The notes under the pieces were generated by a model. It saw nothing but the letters and a program-made list of their open reading frames with translations, was not told where the DNA came from and made no database searches. A DNA stretch of 64,000 nt from Rhodosorus marinus CCMP1338 (taxonomy: Eukaryota > Plantae > Rhodophyta): the NCBI GenBank assembly GCA_029953675.1, contig JAMWBK010000009.1, positions 620,001 through 684,000 of the forward strand, read 5' to 3'. A program made the translations under genes and the position numbers. Shown one piece after another: positions 25,748 to 37,525 of this stretch. Within the stretch, counting starts at the first letter, position 1. Every line of letters starts with the position of its first letter.

Positions 25748-25893
25748 AAAAAGGAGTTTCCCGTCGGACAGCGGACTACCCCTCTGGCCGCCACCTGGAC
25801 AAAAAGGAGTTCTCCCGTCAGACAGTGGACTACCCTCTAGCCAGCTGGAAAAAGGAGTTTTCTCGTCAGACAGTGGACTCCCCTGTAGCCAGC
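25748..25893. repeat. Three tandem ~48-53 bp imperfect repeats immediately upstream of the third TIMP-like gene
   Basis: aaaaggagtt(t)(c/t)ccgtc(a/g)gacag(t/c)ggact(a)cccct..gcc units start at about 25748, 25801 and 25849. Confidence 0.85.
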
Positions 25894-26728
25894 CCGATAG
25901 GTCTTTCACATCAAAAACAAATATTACTTTCCCAAGAAAAAAACCCACAAAACAACGTTAAAAAACGACGATCCTAAGGTGATATTCGGGGCAAAAAATT
26001 AAAATCAAAACAGTGAATAAAATTATCATAATATAATATTAAGGCGGCCACCTTTGGGAACCGATTTGAATACAAATTCGTTTAAAAATAAGCTGATCCT
26101 AAAAACGACTGGCTAACACACAAAAAACAATTCAAAAAGGTAGAAAAGTAGTATGGGGAATCTTTCTTATTTAAGAATGATATGGGGACAAATGATGCCT
26201 AATTTTCGAAAATGTCTTCGTTTTAGATAAATTAATGGGTATTAGTTCTAGAGTTTGCAATATTCTAGGGATGTTCATTAATTTATGAAAAACGAAAAAC
26301 AATGAGGAGAACACAACGATGTTGTTAAGAAAACGTGAACATCGGATGGAAAGGGAATATGCACTTGTTTCGGGGGGGTTGGATTTGATGGCGGGCGTTT
26401 GTTTGGTTACTGGTCCTGTATCAAACGTTTTCTGATCCTTATTTTGAACTTTACTAGCATCAAAAGACTAGAATACTGAAGTTTTAACCGACTGGGCAGC
26501 AAGGAGTTAATCTCTTCTCTGTAGGACATAGTGAGCGCTGATGGAAAGGTGATTGTGAACCACGAGCCTGGCTTTCGGGGGTTCGAGAGGAGGGACAGTA
26601 ATAGATTCAGATGAAGAGAGGGGAAGTCTATACGTGGAATGAAGAGTCCAAGCTCTGAAAGCGACGAGGGGTGGTTCTGTCTTGAAAATTCCGTTTATTT
26701 TCTTGTTGGATAGAGTTCTTCGCACACG

Positions 26729-27875
26729 TTATGGACATATGGGCCCAGCAAAACCCGTGTTCAGTGAGCAAAAAGAAGAATGTCTGCAGTAGTAGAGTTT
26801 CTTCTGCCCTCCAAAGGGAATATTTCTAGTTGCGCAACACTGGCTCTTGATGCATCCTAGCTCTGCCATACTCCGCCCATCTTTAAGGCAGTTGTTCTGT
26901 TCCCATTTCCTCCACTCTGATAGGGGATCACATTTGTAGGTAGACTTCATCTTCACCAGCTTACCGCAAGGGTTGTCTTTTTTTTGAATGAACTTGCACC
27001 TCTTCCCTTCCGGACACTTCAGCTTCTGGCACTTACTCGGCGATAAGCATTTGGGTTCGCCGTAGTTGGAGCAGAGTCTCTTTGTACAGCTTTTGAACTC
27101 GCCGTTTGCTTTACATGAGCAGGTGTTGCATCCATCGAAGAAAGTTTTGCATCCCTTCCAACAGGTGTCCGATGCCCAGTAGTTTTTCGTTGACGTGCAC
27201 TTCGGAGCTCCGCGGAGCAGACAGCTCTTAATATGAGCGAAGCCCGGAACACCATCTATGGAGCAGTGCCACTTGCTGCAGCCGTCTGTCCACACTCTGC
27301 AACCAAGGACCGAGCATGGTGTAAAATCAATGCCTATGTAAGGTGAAGAAACCAGAGACAGGTAAGCACACTCTCCTGTGGGCGAACGTGATGGTCTCCT
27401 GCACGTACCAGGCTGAAAGTTTGTAGATAAGAGAGTCGGATAGCTGCACTTGCTGATTGTTTTCTTGTTGTCTTCACCAGACCAATACCCTCCTACGACA
27501 TAAACTCTCCCAACTTCCAATTTCAAGCCGCAAGCATTAGATGCTGTGTACAGCGTTGTCCTCATACCGATGTATTCATACTTGTGTTTGGCGGACCTCT
27601 TCGGAATCCCTTGGATAATCACCTTGTAACTGTAGAAAAACCAGTCGCAATAGTTTAGCGGTAAGCTTGTCTCTCATTCAATGGCAATTGTCAGCCTTGG
27701 GGGCATCATCAACTTACTGAACTAGGCCATTGATGATTCTTTGCTCTCTACCAGCCACGAGAACCGTATAAACAAACTTATGGGACTTCAGCCTCTGATC
27801 TTCGGTATTTGGAACACAGAAGCATCCCAAGCAGGCTCCAACGAGAGCGAACAGTATTAGCAGATATTTGGACAT
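26729..27875 (-). CDS. Secreted TIMP-like/pacifastin-like protein, paralogue (3 exons)
   Basis: MSKYLLILFALVGACLG then CFCVP; LYTASNACGLKLEVGRVYVVGG..ISKCSYP; CWKGCKTFFDGCNTCSCKANGEFKSCTKRLC; TYKCDPLSEW. A 75-nt in-frame intron (GTACGT...CATAG) is read through by the ORF track. Confidence 0.85.
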
Positions 27876-28207
27876 TATCCTCTTCCAAACCGATCCAAAC
27901 TCTTATTCCTGCACCTATGCTCAGCTCTCCGTACTGGACGCCAGTAATCTACTCTACCAATGAATCCCTCTCACTCCTCCTCAGTCCTAGGTCAAGCAAG
28001 CTCAAGACTTTATACGCACCGTTGCATCCCATCGAACCAAAAAAGGAGAAAAAAAACACCCACACATATAGCTACACTCCCGAAATGAAGCGTCCTCACC
28101 TGAACCCTCACCTGAACTCCCTATGGCTCGCCAATGCCATCACCTGGATTTTCCCTCCGGCTGGCTTTGGTTTTTTTTTTTTGGATACACCCATTGAGAT
28201 CCTGCTC

Positions 28208-28238
28208 CTCTCGCTCTATCTCTCTCTCTCTCTCTCTC
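28208..28238. repeat. (CT)n microsatellite
   Basis: Visible dinucleotide run. Confidence 0.8.
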
Positions 28239-28886
28239 ATCCCTGAAACCTGTCAGTGCTACTGAGTCATAATCCTGCATACGACTCTCTACTGTGGCTA
28301 CCAAATTACTTCAACAAACAAGAAAACTAATTTGCCCTCACCGGGTTGGCCATAACTAAATTCCCTTAAAACCCCCCCGAATTACCCAAATCTGTTTGCT
28401 AGCCACTTGAAGACAGCCATTGGCTGACAATCTATTAAATTGACTGAAAAACAGTCAATTTTTTCGCTTCTGGCTCGAAGAGCTGCAAGACATCTAAGTT
28501 GAATGCAGGAAGGCGCTCACTGGATGTTTGGGAGCTCTTAACTGGAGCTGAGTCACTCTTCGGTACAAAGGCTAGGTGTAGGACAATATCAGTTTTCTTG
28601 TATTGATTAAGGATTAGCCACGATTAAGGAGCTCTCACCAGTCTTGGTCTCCAACAGTGTTGTTGTGTCGGATTGATGGGAGACCCTGGAGCCACATGGA
28701 TCCATGGATTTCAGTAACGTCCGAAAAAAACCTCTCGAATTACTCCGTAGCACATCCAACGTACAGGTTAGCATCGCTTTATTTTGCAGACATAGTCACG
28801 CACAGAGGAATCCCCACGGAAAGATGAGTGTAACTGCGCTCCAAATCCAGTAGGTCATGCTTGTGGCTATTCGTGAATTGAAGCAC

Positions 28887-29182
28887 TGGTCAGTCTTGGA
28901 CACGACGTCTGCGTGGAGTACACTGCGTTTCCTTGCATTGATTACACATATCAAGGGGAGGTGCCTTGCGAGTGTTGACCTTGGCGCTCGGCAGTGGGGA
29001 TCACGAGATGATATTCGCCTAAGGCCAAAGTGCACGAATCACGTGGTCAGTCTTGGACACAACGTATGCGTCATTGATTACACATATCAAGGGGAGGTGC
29101 CTTGCGAGTGCTGACCTTGGCGCTCGGCAGTGGGGATCACGAGATGATATTCGCCTAAGGCCAAAGTGCACCTATCACGTGG
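28887..29182. repeat. Tandem duplication of a ~140-157 bp unit (two copies)
   Basis: tggtcagtcttggacac...cattgattacacatatcaaggggaggtgccttgcgagtg...aaggccaaagtgcac occurs twice at near identity; the second copy lacks about 20 bp. Confidence 0.9.
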
Positions 29183-30241
29183 CCGTGATTGGTGTCCAGA
29201 GACGAATGAACAGCTTGTTGGACAACAAAAATATTATAAATGACGAGATGTGGTACCAAGCAGAGAGTTTGACGCGTTTGAAAAGAGGCATATCCATCCG
29301 AGCAAACTCTGAACAAAGCCGCGTCCCATCCAGTATTCCTTCCTTCTAGCGAGTACCAAAGCACGGTTTTTCAAGATAAGCTGATTTGGACGACTGTCCC
29401 CGAGCAAAATTAGAGCGCCTTATAGATCCTTTGTACAAAACAAGGTTACAAAAAAATTTGCTCAGCCGCACACACTTCCCCGGGTTCTCCCGCGCCTAGT
29501 CGGAGTCACACCAGCCGTCTGCTGCCTGACCGCAGCGATGCCGCTTCTCTTCCGTCCCCCGTCCATTTTAGCATACTAGATTCTTCCAACACTGTCCACA
29601 TTCGAATTTTCACTCTCCCTCACCCAATCTCTTGATCCAACGGGTCCAAGATCACCCAACCCCTGCACACCCGTTAGTACTAAAAACACAGAAAATAAAA
29701 TTTTCACTTTTTCAAATACATTTACTAATAAATACTAACAAACGTAGCAAAGTCTAAAACCCCCCCAGTCACATTCCGCCAAAATATAGTAGTACGTTTT
29801 AGTACGAGATATTATATTAATATTTTAATGCAAAATTATGTATGTACACTATTAATACTATACAACATCGAACTTACCCCTGGGTAACTTAAACAAGTGT
29901 ATCTTCCGTTGAGATTTTCTTCTTTTTGAGGAAGTTTTTTTTGGGTAGTAACGTCGTTACCCGTCCATTTTCGAAACCCCTCTTCGAGGGTTTCGAAGAT
30001 GGCGGAGGACGCCGTTAATTGGAAAAAGGTAGTCGGTAAGTGCTATGTGTGGGAAAGGAGGGAGGGAAAGTGGTTGAGGGTTGAGATTGGGAAGAAGTGG
30101 TATCTATATGTTATATATATATATGTAGATTAGAGGGTGGAAGTGTTGGAGAAGGGTTGATTGAGGGAGGGAGGGAGAGGGAGGAGCTGTTTTTATTTTT
30201 TGTTGTTTTGTGTGTGGGTTTTTGGGGGTGTGTGGAAACTG

Positions 30242-32038
30242 ATGAGCATGATGGGGTTTGTTGAGAGGGGTTGTAGTGGTCTATGTTTTGTACTTTCTGG
30301 CGGTTTTGGAGTTGCGCGGAAGGAGAAGGCTTTGTGTTCTAGGAGGAGTGGGTTTGAGAATCATCGGGCTATAGGTCGTCGGTCGGTGGTGGTTTGTGCT
30401 GAGAAGTCGAAGGATAATGGGGACGGTGGATTCTTTTCGAAGGTCGGGTTTCAGTCTCTAGGGTTGAGCAATGAACTTGCGGCTGCTTTGGAAGATGTCG
30501 GAATACTTAGACCGACGAATGTTCAGACAAAGTCTATTCCTGCCATATCCGGCGGAGCGGACGTCGTTGTTGGTGCTGCGACGGGCTCCGGAAAGACTTT
30601 TTCCTACTTGCTTCCTGTCCTGCAGAAGATGAAAGACCAGGAGCAACTCCAAGATTTTAACAGAGTCCCCCGCCGACCCAGAGCTGTTCTACTCGTCCCA
30701 ACGAGGGAGCTCGCAGAGCAGGTATGCTCAGTTCCCAAGCGCATTTCGTGCTGCTTTCTGCTCTCTGAACACCTCTGTGCTGTCATCAGGTGTTGCGGGT
30801 GTCGAAGGCGCTCTCGCACAACTTCAAATTCAGAGCCGTGGCCCTTGTCGGTGGCAATTCGAGCTTGAAGAAGCAAAAAGAAGCCCTCTCGTCTCCCGTT
30901 GATTTGGTCATAGCAACCGCGGGGAGACTCATGCAGCATGTCAAGGCGTTCAACGTTGACTTTCTTGATCTACAGTACATCATTCTGGACGAAGTAGACA
31001 CCCTGTTCGAAGGCGGGTTTGCCAACGATTTGGAGAGCATAGTGAAGCAGGTCCACAAGAGAAAGGGCGACGATTGTGCTCTCCAATTTATTGCTGCTGG
31101 GGTGAGACCGAGCCGGCAATGCTTCGCTTTATTTTTCTCGTTAGAGGAACGTAGATCTTGTGGCTGATCGACAGCCCCCTCTTTTGACTTTTAACAGGCG
31201 ACTCATCCTACATCTGCCAGGCAGCTCTACACGAAGCTTATGCCATCTGCGAAATATATCAACGTCGACCTGCACAAAGCCCCTCCGGGGCTGACCCAGC
31301 GGTTCATACATACGACGCCGGGAGAAAAAACGCGGGAGCTTACTGCCCTTCTTGGAGATGCTGAGAACGATGGCACCCTGAGAGGCGGACGTATCATTAT
31401 CTTCACGAATACCACGGAGTCTTGCAGATTTCTCGATCACTTCCTGAATGAAACGGATTATTCGACGTCGTGTATTCACGGGGAAATGCCACGCGATAGG
31501 CGTGGAGTGGAATTTAAAAAGTTTGCGGACCAGAAGACCCAGGTTGGCTGCCGCTGCACTCTGTCAAAGTCGTGTTTGACCGTAACGGCTGAGGAACCAC
31601 TTTTTCCCCGTTTTTCTTTAGCTCCTTGTTGGAACAGATATCGCTGCTCGAGGTCTTGATAACCTCGCAGTAGACCATGTGATACTCTTTGACTTTCCCG
31701 CGTCTCCTGTGGACTACATTCACAGAGCGGGTCGTACAGCAAGAGCAGGTGCGAAGGGTAGAGTATCCAGCTTTGTCACCAAGAAGGACAGGACTCTTGC
31801 AGAAGCTATTGAACAAGCGAACAATGACGAAACTGACGCCCTGGCCCAGGCTCACCAGAAACGACTCGAGTCGGATAGGATAAAGGCCGAAAAGGAGCGA
31901 CTCAGGAAACTTGCCAGGGCACGGATGGAAAAGGAGAAGGGCAATCAAGGCTACGGAAAGAATACCCCTGACGGCAAGGACCGCCGCCAAGGCAAAGGAA
32001 GAATTCTGAAGACCAAGCTATCCCCGAAACGACGGTGA
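30242..32038 (+). CDS. DEAD-box RNA helicase with N-terminal organellar transit peptide (plastid RH39/RH50-like), multi-exon
   Basis: Q motif FQSLGLS...[39 protein letters not shown]; GT-AG introns. Confidence 0.9.
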
Positions 32039-32585
32039 CGCTCCCGCCTGGAGCTTAGTTCTAATCGGGCACAAGTCTATTTATTGCCGCCCCCTGTGGC
32101 GAAAGCTCGACAACAAGGCAGAAACGTAGTAAACACAGTTGTTCTAACCTTGTTCGCGGTACTACGTAGATCAAGGGGACATAGATCAAGGGCCGGGCTG
32201 GACCCTGCCAAAGAACTCTCGCACAGAAGCTCTGATCTCCGCCGCGCAAAGATTCCCATTCCATCTATATCCGACCTATCTTCTTGCTGTGGGTGCGCAC
32301 CAATTCGCGTCTTCAGGCACTTGCTAGATCAGGCACAAGTTCATGGCATATCGCTTCGCAAACGCTGAGCGCATTTGAGCTGGGTTTGTTCGACGCGCGG
32401 TTCTCCGCAACTATCTAACAAGGAAAACTGGGCAACGCGGAATTGAGTCTGTGGTTACGTTTGCCTGGGGACACGTTTCTTGAATAGTTTCTGGGCTCAG
32501 TTTTACGTTAAGACTGATTTTGCGGAAGATCTATTGTTTTTCAGATGCTACTCTGCAACAACCTGGTATCAACGGTGAAAAACAT

Positions 32586-33921
32586 TTAAACAGGTGTGAT
32601 GGAGCAAATCTTTCCACCGTTCCGGGTGATCTCCTGGAACTTCTTGTTCAGCTCGTCCTTGGAGCAGACAATAGCCTTGCTGGAGCGGGAGAAGGTGGAG
32701 TAGCCATTGGGGCGGGAGTACAGCTTGCCGACGCCCGAAACTCCAGACCTGCCACGGGCAGCAGTCTGTGCGAGTCCAGTGATCTCAATGCGGTAGAGGG
32801 GTCCCGGCGTGGCACCGAACTTGGAAGCCGGCGCAGAGTTGGTCGAGTTCCCTGATGCTCCCGGGGCAACGAAGCCCTCCACGAACACGGACCTTCCGGG
32901 CTCTATAACTGGGATCGGGATGGATCTGATTCCCTTGGAGTTCAGTGGGATTGGGTTGGTGATCGAGCCCTTGTCCGAGGTGGATCCACCACGCACAACC
33001 TACAGCCAGATTGTCCATTCCATCAGTCACCGTATTTGAGAAGTGAAAGCATGAGTAGAGGTCATACCTTGAAAAAGTGTGTGAACGAAGCCATGGATAG
33101 GTTGCACTCGGTCTTGTATCCTCTGTAGAAAGGCACCATCCAGTCTCCGAAGGCAAGGTCGTACTCTCCGTCATCAAAGAAGGCCTCGACAAACTTGTCG
33201 TAACCCTTGGCATCATACACGGCACTCTTGGCCCTGTACTGCTCAAGGCCGTCCGGGGTACGTCCAAGGAAATGCTTGAAGTTCATCTCGATGGCACCGT
33301 ACAATGGGCGGTTGTCAAAGAATCGCCTCTGGTATTCCTCGGTCTTGGCAAGCGCCACCACGAATTCCTTAACGGACAACTCTCCGAGCTTGAACTGGGA
33401 CTCGGGGACGGCCATCTCGGCCCTCTCAGATTCCATAATGTAAGCGTTGGCGAAGACATGATGGTAGATTGCATCAATGACCCTCTGGTAGTCAGTCGGA
33501 GAGACCTGGTTCATCGGGACTCCAGTGACCATGTACTTGTCCATGAACTTGTCGAGTCCAAGGCTTCCAAGGGCCTGGTTTCCAATTCCCATCATGATGG
33601 TGGCCTTACCCTTCGGGGCGGCCGACGAGATGGCAGCGCCAGTAAAGCCTAACGACGAAGAACAAAGAGCGCCTGAGTTAGTACCTCAGCTGAAAACTCG
33701 AATGCAGACTCAGAGCTAAAGCCCGACACATCTCCAATCCACTCTACAACCCTCGCACCCTATCCACAAGGCTACCTTGTGGATAGGGTTTTCGGATATT
33801 CCAAACGCCCCTCCGTCTCCCAGAAGAGCTCTGATCTACTTTCTTGACCAACTAACTTACCACTGCACTTGGCACCGGCGACATGGCCAGTCAAACTTCC
33901 AACACTCGACACGAACGCCAT
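32586..33921 (-). CDS. Nucleus-encoded phycobilisome rod linker polypeptide (PBS linker domain plus CpcD-like C-terminus), 3 exons
   Basis: Transit peptide MAFVSSVGSLTGHVAGAKCS|; linker domain YHHVFANAYIMESER..ESQFKLGELSVKEFV..LAKTEEY..FKHFLGRTP; C-terminal LYRIEITG...ITRNGGKICSITPV. Confidence 0.93.
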
Positions 33922-35868
33922 TTTTCTCGCAAAAACTATTAGACACACCCCCGGCCTTTAAAACAGGAATCTAGTTTCTCAGTCCAAACTTCCCCTCACA
34001 AATGATTCCCCTCTCCAAACAACACAAAATCCACACCACCACTCCCACACCAGAAACTCTCTTCTCACGTTCCTTCCCCTCCGGACATCTGCAAATCCTC
34101 AAGCCCTATTTAATCCTGCAAAGTCACACACAATAAAGCCTACCCTTTTGGGGTTACACCACCCATCAAGAATACTCTCAAAAAAGTATTTACCAATAAA
34201 ACCTTTGAAGAATTACAAAAAACAAAAGGAAAACAATACCTCCCATAATACACTCTCACTACCCCCTCCCACTGGCTCTTGTTGACGGCCAGAACTCGAA
34301 AATTAATATATATTATCTAATAAATTTGAGGGGTTTCATGGAAACTGACCCATAACGCGATCTCGAAGTCTATACTTCCCTACGGGTTTTTGGGCTTTCT
34401 GAGAACGCCATCGAGCTCTCAGGGATCTCTCGGAGAAGCTTAGTGAGGAGGAAAAGTCGCCCCCCATATACCTCCATGCAAAGAACCGTACTCCAGCCCA
34501 ATAAATGATCCTTTTTTTTAAGAATACAAATTATGGACTTTTATGGATGGTTCCCTTAAGGGGAGGAATAATTCATGGATAAGTCTATGACCACAAGCCT
34601 TATCTATTCCGCGCACCCCCTTCCCCCTTCAGCTCAACTATTATTGTTCCATAATCTCTCCTGCCTTCTTGAATAAATCTAACGCGAACCCCCCGTTGCG
34701 GCGCTTCAAACCTCCCCCTTTGTTGGAGAATATCTCCACCGGAGCCTAATTTATTCATGGTTCAAGATTATATATAATGAATAAACCAAATAAAAACGCA
34801 CGTATACGTTATTATTGGATAAATTGGGTAAATATCCTTCCGCCGTCTACCCCCCCACCTCTTCTCATCTGTCCTGAGGGAGGACAGAAAATAATTACCC
34901 CAGTTATTGATCGGTGAGCATCCTACACCCCCTCACCCCTTTTTTTATGACCTGGGTCGGTGCTAGACTCTTGTTTATTTAAAAATATTTGGAGGGTGCG
35001 GAGACCGAGTGCAATCAAAGTTCGCAATCGGGAGTGCACCCGCACGAGGACAAGAACCCCCAACCAGGCTGAATCTATAATGACTGAATTCGGAGATTGT
35101 GAGTATTTTCTTTTCCAAAAAAATTTGAACCTCCGGCCGGGCGGGGGGTAAGAAGGAATTTCGAGGGTCGGGCAAGTGCCGATCGGTGGTGTGAAGAAAA
35201 TTCAAATAAACCACAAAACTCTTTTGCGAGGGAAGTCATGGTCGATCTCCTTCCCCCTCCCCCACCCTCCGCAGCTAAAAGCCGGCGTTTTTACTTTCTC
35301 CCTTCCAGATTGTTGTGAGGAACGAGATCCTGAGATATTTGTTGACTGATATCCTTTTCAATAATTTCAGACTTAAGGGAAAGAAAATGACTGAATGGTC
35401 CGATTTGCCAGGGGTCGGGTTTCTAGAGGATTGGTATGTTTGATCTGGAGCGCTAGTTCATACTCTGGAATATGCCTCTAAATATCTTGAAATACGAAGT
35501 TTACAATCTTCACTAGATACTCCGTTTTAGATTTTGGACGAGACCAGAAGTTGTTTTTGGATTAAAAATTGCATATGGAGCGCGGAAAAGCACTCCGAAA
35601 CGAACCCGAGTCTTTGGGCAAACTATTCATACGGAATAGTTCTTGTTCGGACTTTCAATGTCTGTGGTCGTCGTTGTGGGCTATGACGCTCTGGTTTTCA
35701 ATGCATTAGCCGCAGATCAAACGCATCTGAAGCTATCAGCATGCACGTGTGATGAAACGGATTCGTCTCCAGGCATTGGGTGTTCAAACGAGAAATTGTA
35801 CAACAGAAATGGTCTTGTTACTAAGCTGCTGGTGGACAGCTGTATGTGGGCAGGTTTTATTCCTGACG

Positions 35869-36036
35869 AAATTAGCTCCAGCATCGTATTTTGCATGGGG
35901 AGGCTTCAGGGTTGTGGTGGACACAAATTAGCTCCAGCATCGTATTTTGCATCAAGGCTTCAGGGTTGTGATGGACACAAACTAGCTCCAGCATCGTATT
36001 TTGCATGCAGGCTTCTCAGGGTTGTTGTGGACACAA
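35869..36036. repeat. Three tandem ~54 bp repeats
   Basis: aa(t/c)tagctccagcatcgtattttgcat..ggcttcagggttgt(g/t)(g/a)tggacacaa repeated three times, without unique spacers. Confidence 0.88.
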
Positions 36037-37525
36037 CACATTTGGGCGTGTATCAAGTTGTCAATGTTCCCATCCTAGGTGATGTGCAAGTTGGGTTCGG
36101 TAGGTAAGACTGTTCAGTCTTTAGTATCGGAACGGTATCGAGATTTGTCTATAGCCGGATCCGAAGCTTGGTAGACAGGAGCAAACCGCGCTTGAATACC
36201 TTCGCAGAACGGGAAGCTAGCACGTACGCAGTGAACAAGCCTTTCGTAGCACTGTGCTTCTAACTGAAGCTCAAAAAGCAAGCTTCTTGTTCTTGAAGCC
36301 TGCATAACGATGGCTCCACCGCGGGCTTTTAACGTCCCCCCGCTTAAGGTCTTCCAGAGGTTCGCTCTTAGCTTCAGATTGATCCCAAAGTAGAGGAACA
36401 ACCTAGACCTTTATTGCGCAATGTGTGGGCGACAACAACGGTGGAGACGAAATTATAGGGTTTTCTGATATAGGGCCAATTGTACCCGCGCATCCCACTA
36501 CTGGTCAACCTGATCTGGGCAGCCCAGCGAGGTTTCCATGCCTAGCTTTGCTCAAGTTCGCAATTCTGGGAAGCATTTGACTGCATGGCGATAATGTCAA
36601 TTTCAATACTGCAACAATTGTCCTACCATTATCGACAGGAAGCCTCTTGCCTCTGCCGCGGCAGGAGCACAGTTTCTCCTTATCAACGCAAACACTAACC
36701 CTTGGCTATTGACTTTTCGGACCCGATATGTTCCCAGTCATCGCGCGCAACCTTCGACAAAACCGTGACAAGAAAGCGGGATGACTGGTTTGTCGCAGGA
36801 AGCAGAAACGGACAAAATTTAAGCGAATCTCTTCTGCTTCCAATCAAAACCTTTGGCAAAACGGAACGCGAAGCAAATGCCATACGAACTTTATACTATA
36901 TGGTCTGCACTACTACGTGTTGACGAAAGCTCTTTTCATCGGCCACGGATTAGAAATCCCTATTTCTCGGTTTGGACGGAGGAGGACACAGCGCCTTCTT
37001 TTGGGCCGAAAGGTTCAGAGATAATCAAGTCGAGGAGCACACCACCACGAGCTGGGAGTATCAGCCAGCAGACAATAACGAGTTCAATACCAGGAGAGCA
37101 TTTGCAACACCCGGAAATCTTCACAGCCTAATCCGCTACTGCTCCAAGCTAGCAGCTGCCAGCCCGTATTGAAACGTCGTCACCATCCTAGCGCCTTCAG
37201 CTTCACACTAAATCTCTGAAACCAATCGAAATCTCGTACAAACCCAATCCGTTTCGGGTTTTAAGTGCGCTAAAATATCCAGTCATTTTTAAAGATATAT
37301 ATCTCCCATAAAACTTATTTCGGGAACATTTAGGAGGTTGTGATCTAAATTTGGTTATATATAGAAAATATGTATCCATCAAGTACGACTTTAGAAAGTC
37401 GGTTGGACATATGACATTGGCTAGGCGGTTGCTCCACGTGCGCGGGAAGCGGATGAGTGTTTGCCACTAGGGGCCCCAGAGGAATCACTCGAGCCATTGA
37501 ATGACCAGGCTTGGATATAACCAGT

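Noticed and set aside
28437-28461. 10-bp perfect hairpin aaattgactg-aaaaa-cagtcaattt
   Set aside because: Too short to support a function without further copies or expression data.
35869-36036. CRISPR-like array
   Set aside because: Units are contiguous with no unique spacers, there are no cas genes, and the context is eukaryotic nuclear DNA.
36110-37200. MAFAS-starting ORF suggestive of a plastid-targeted gene
   Set aside because: No downstream exon chain without stops could be built.
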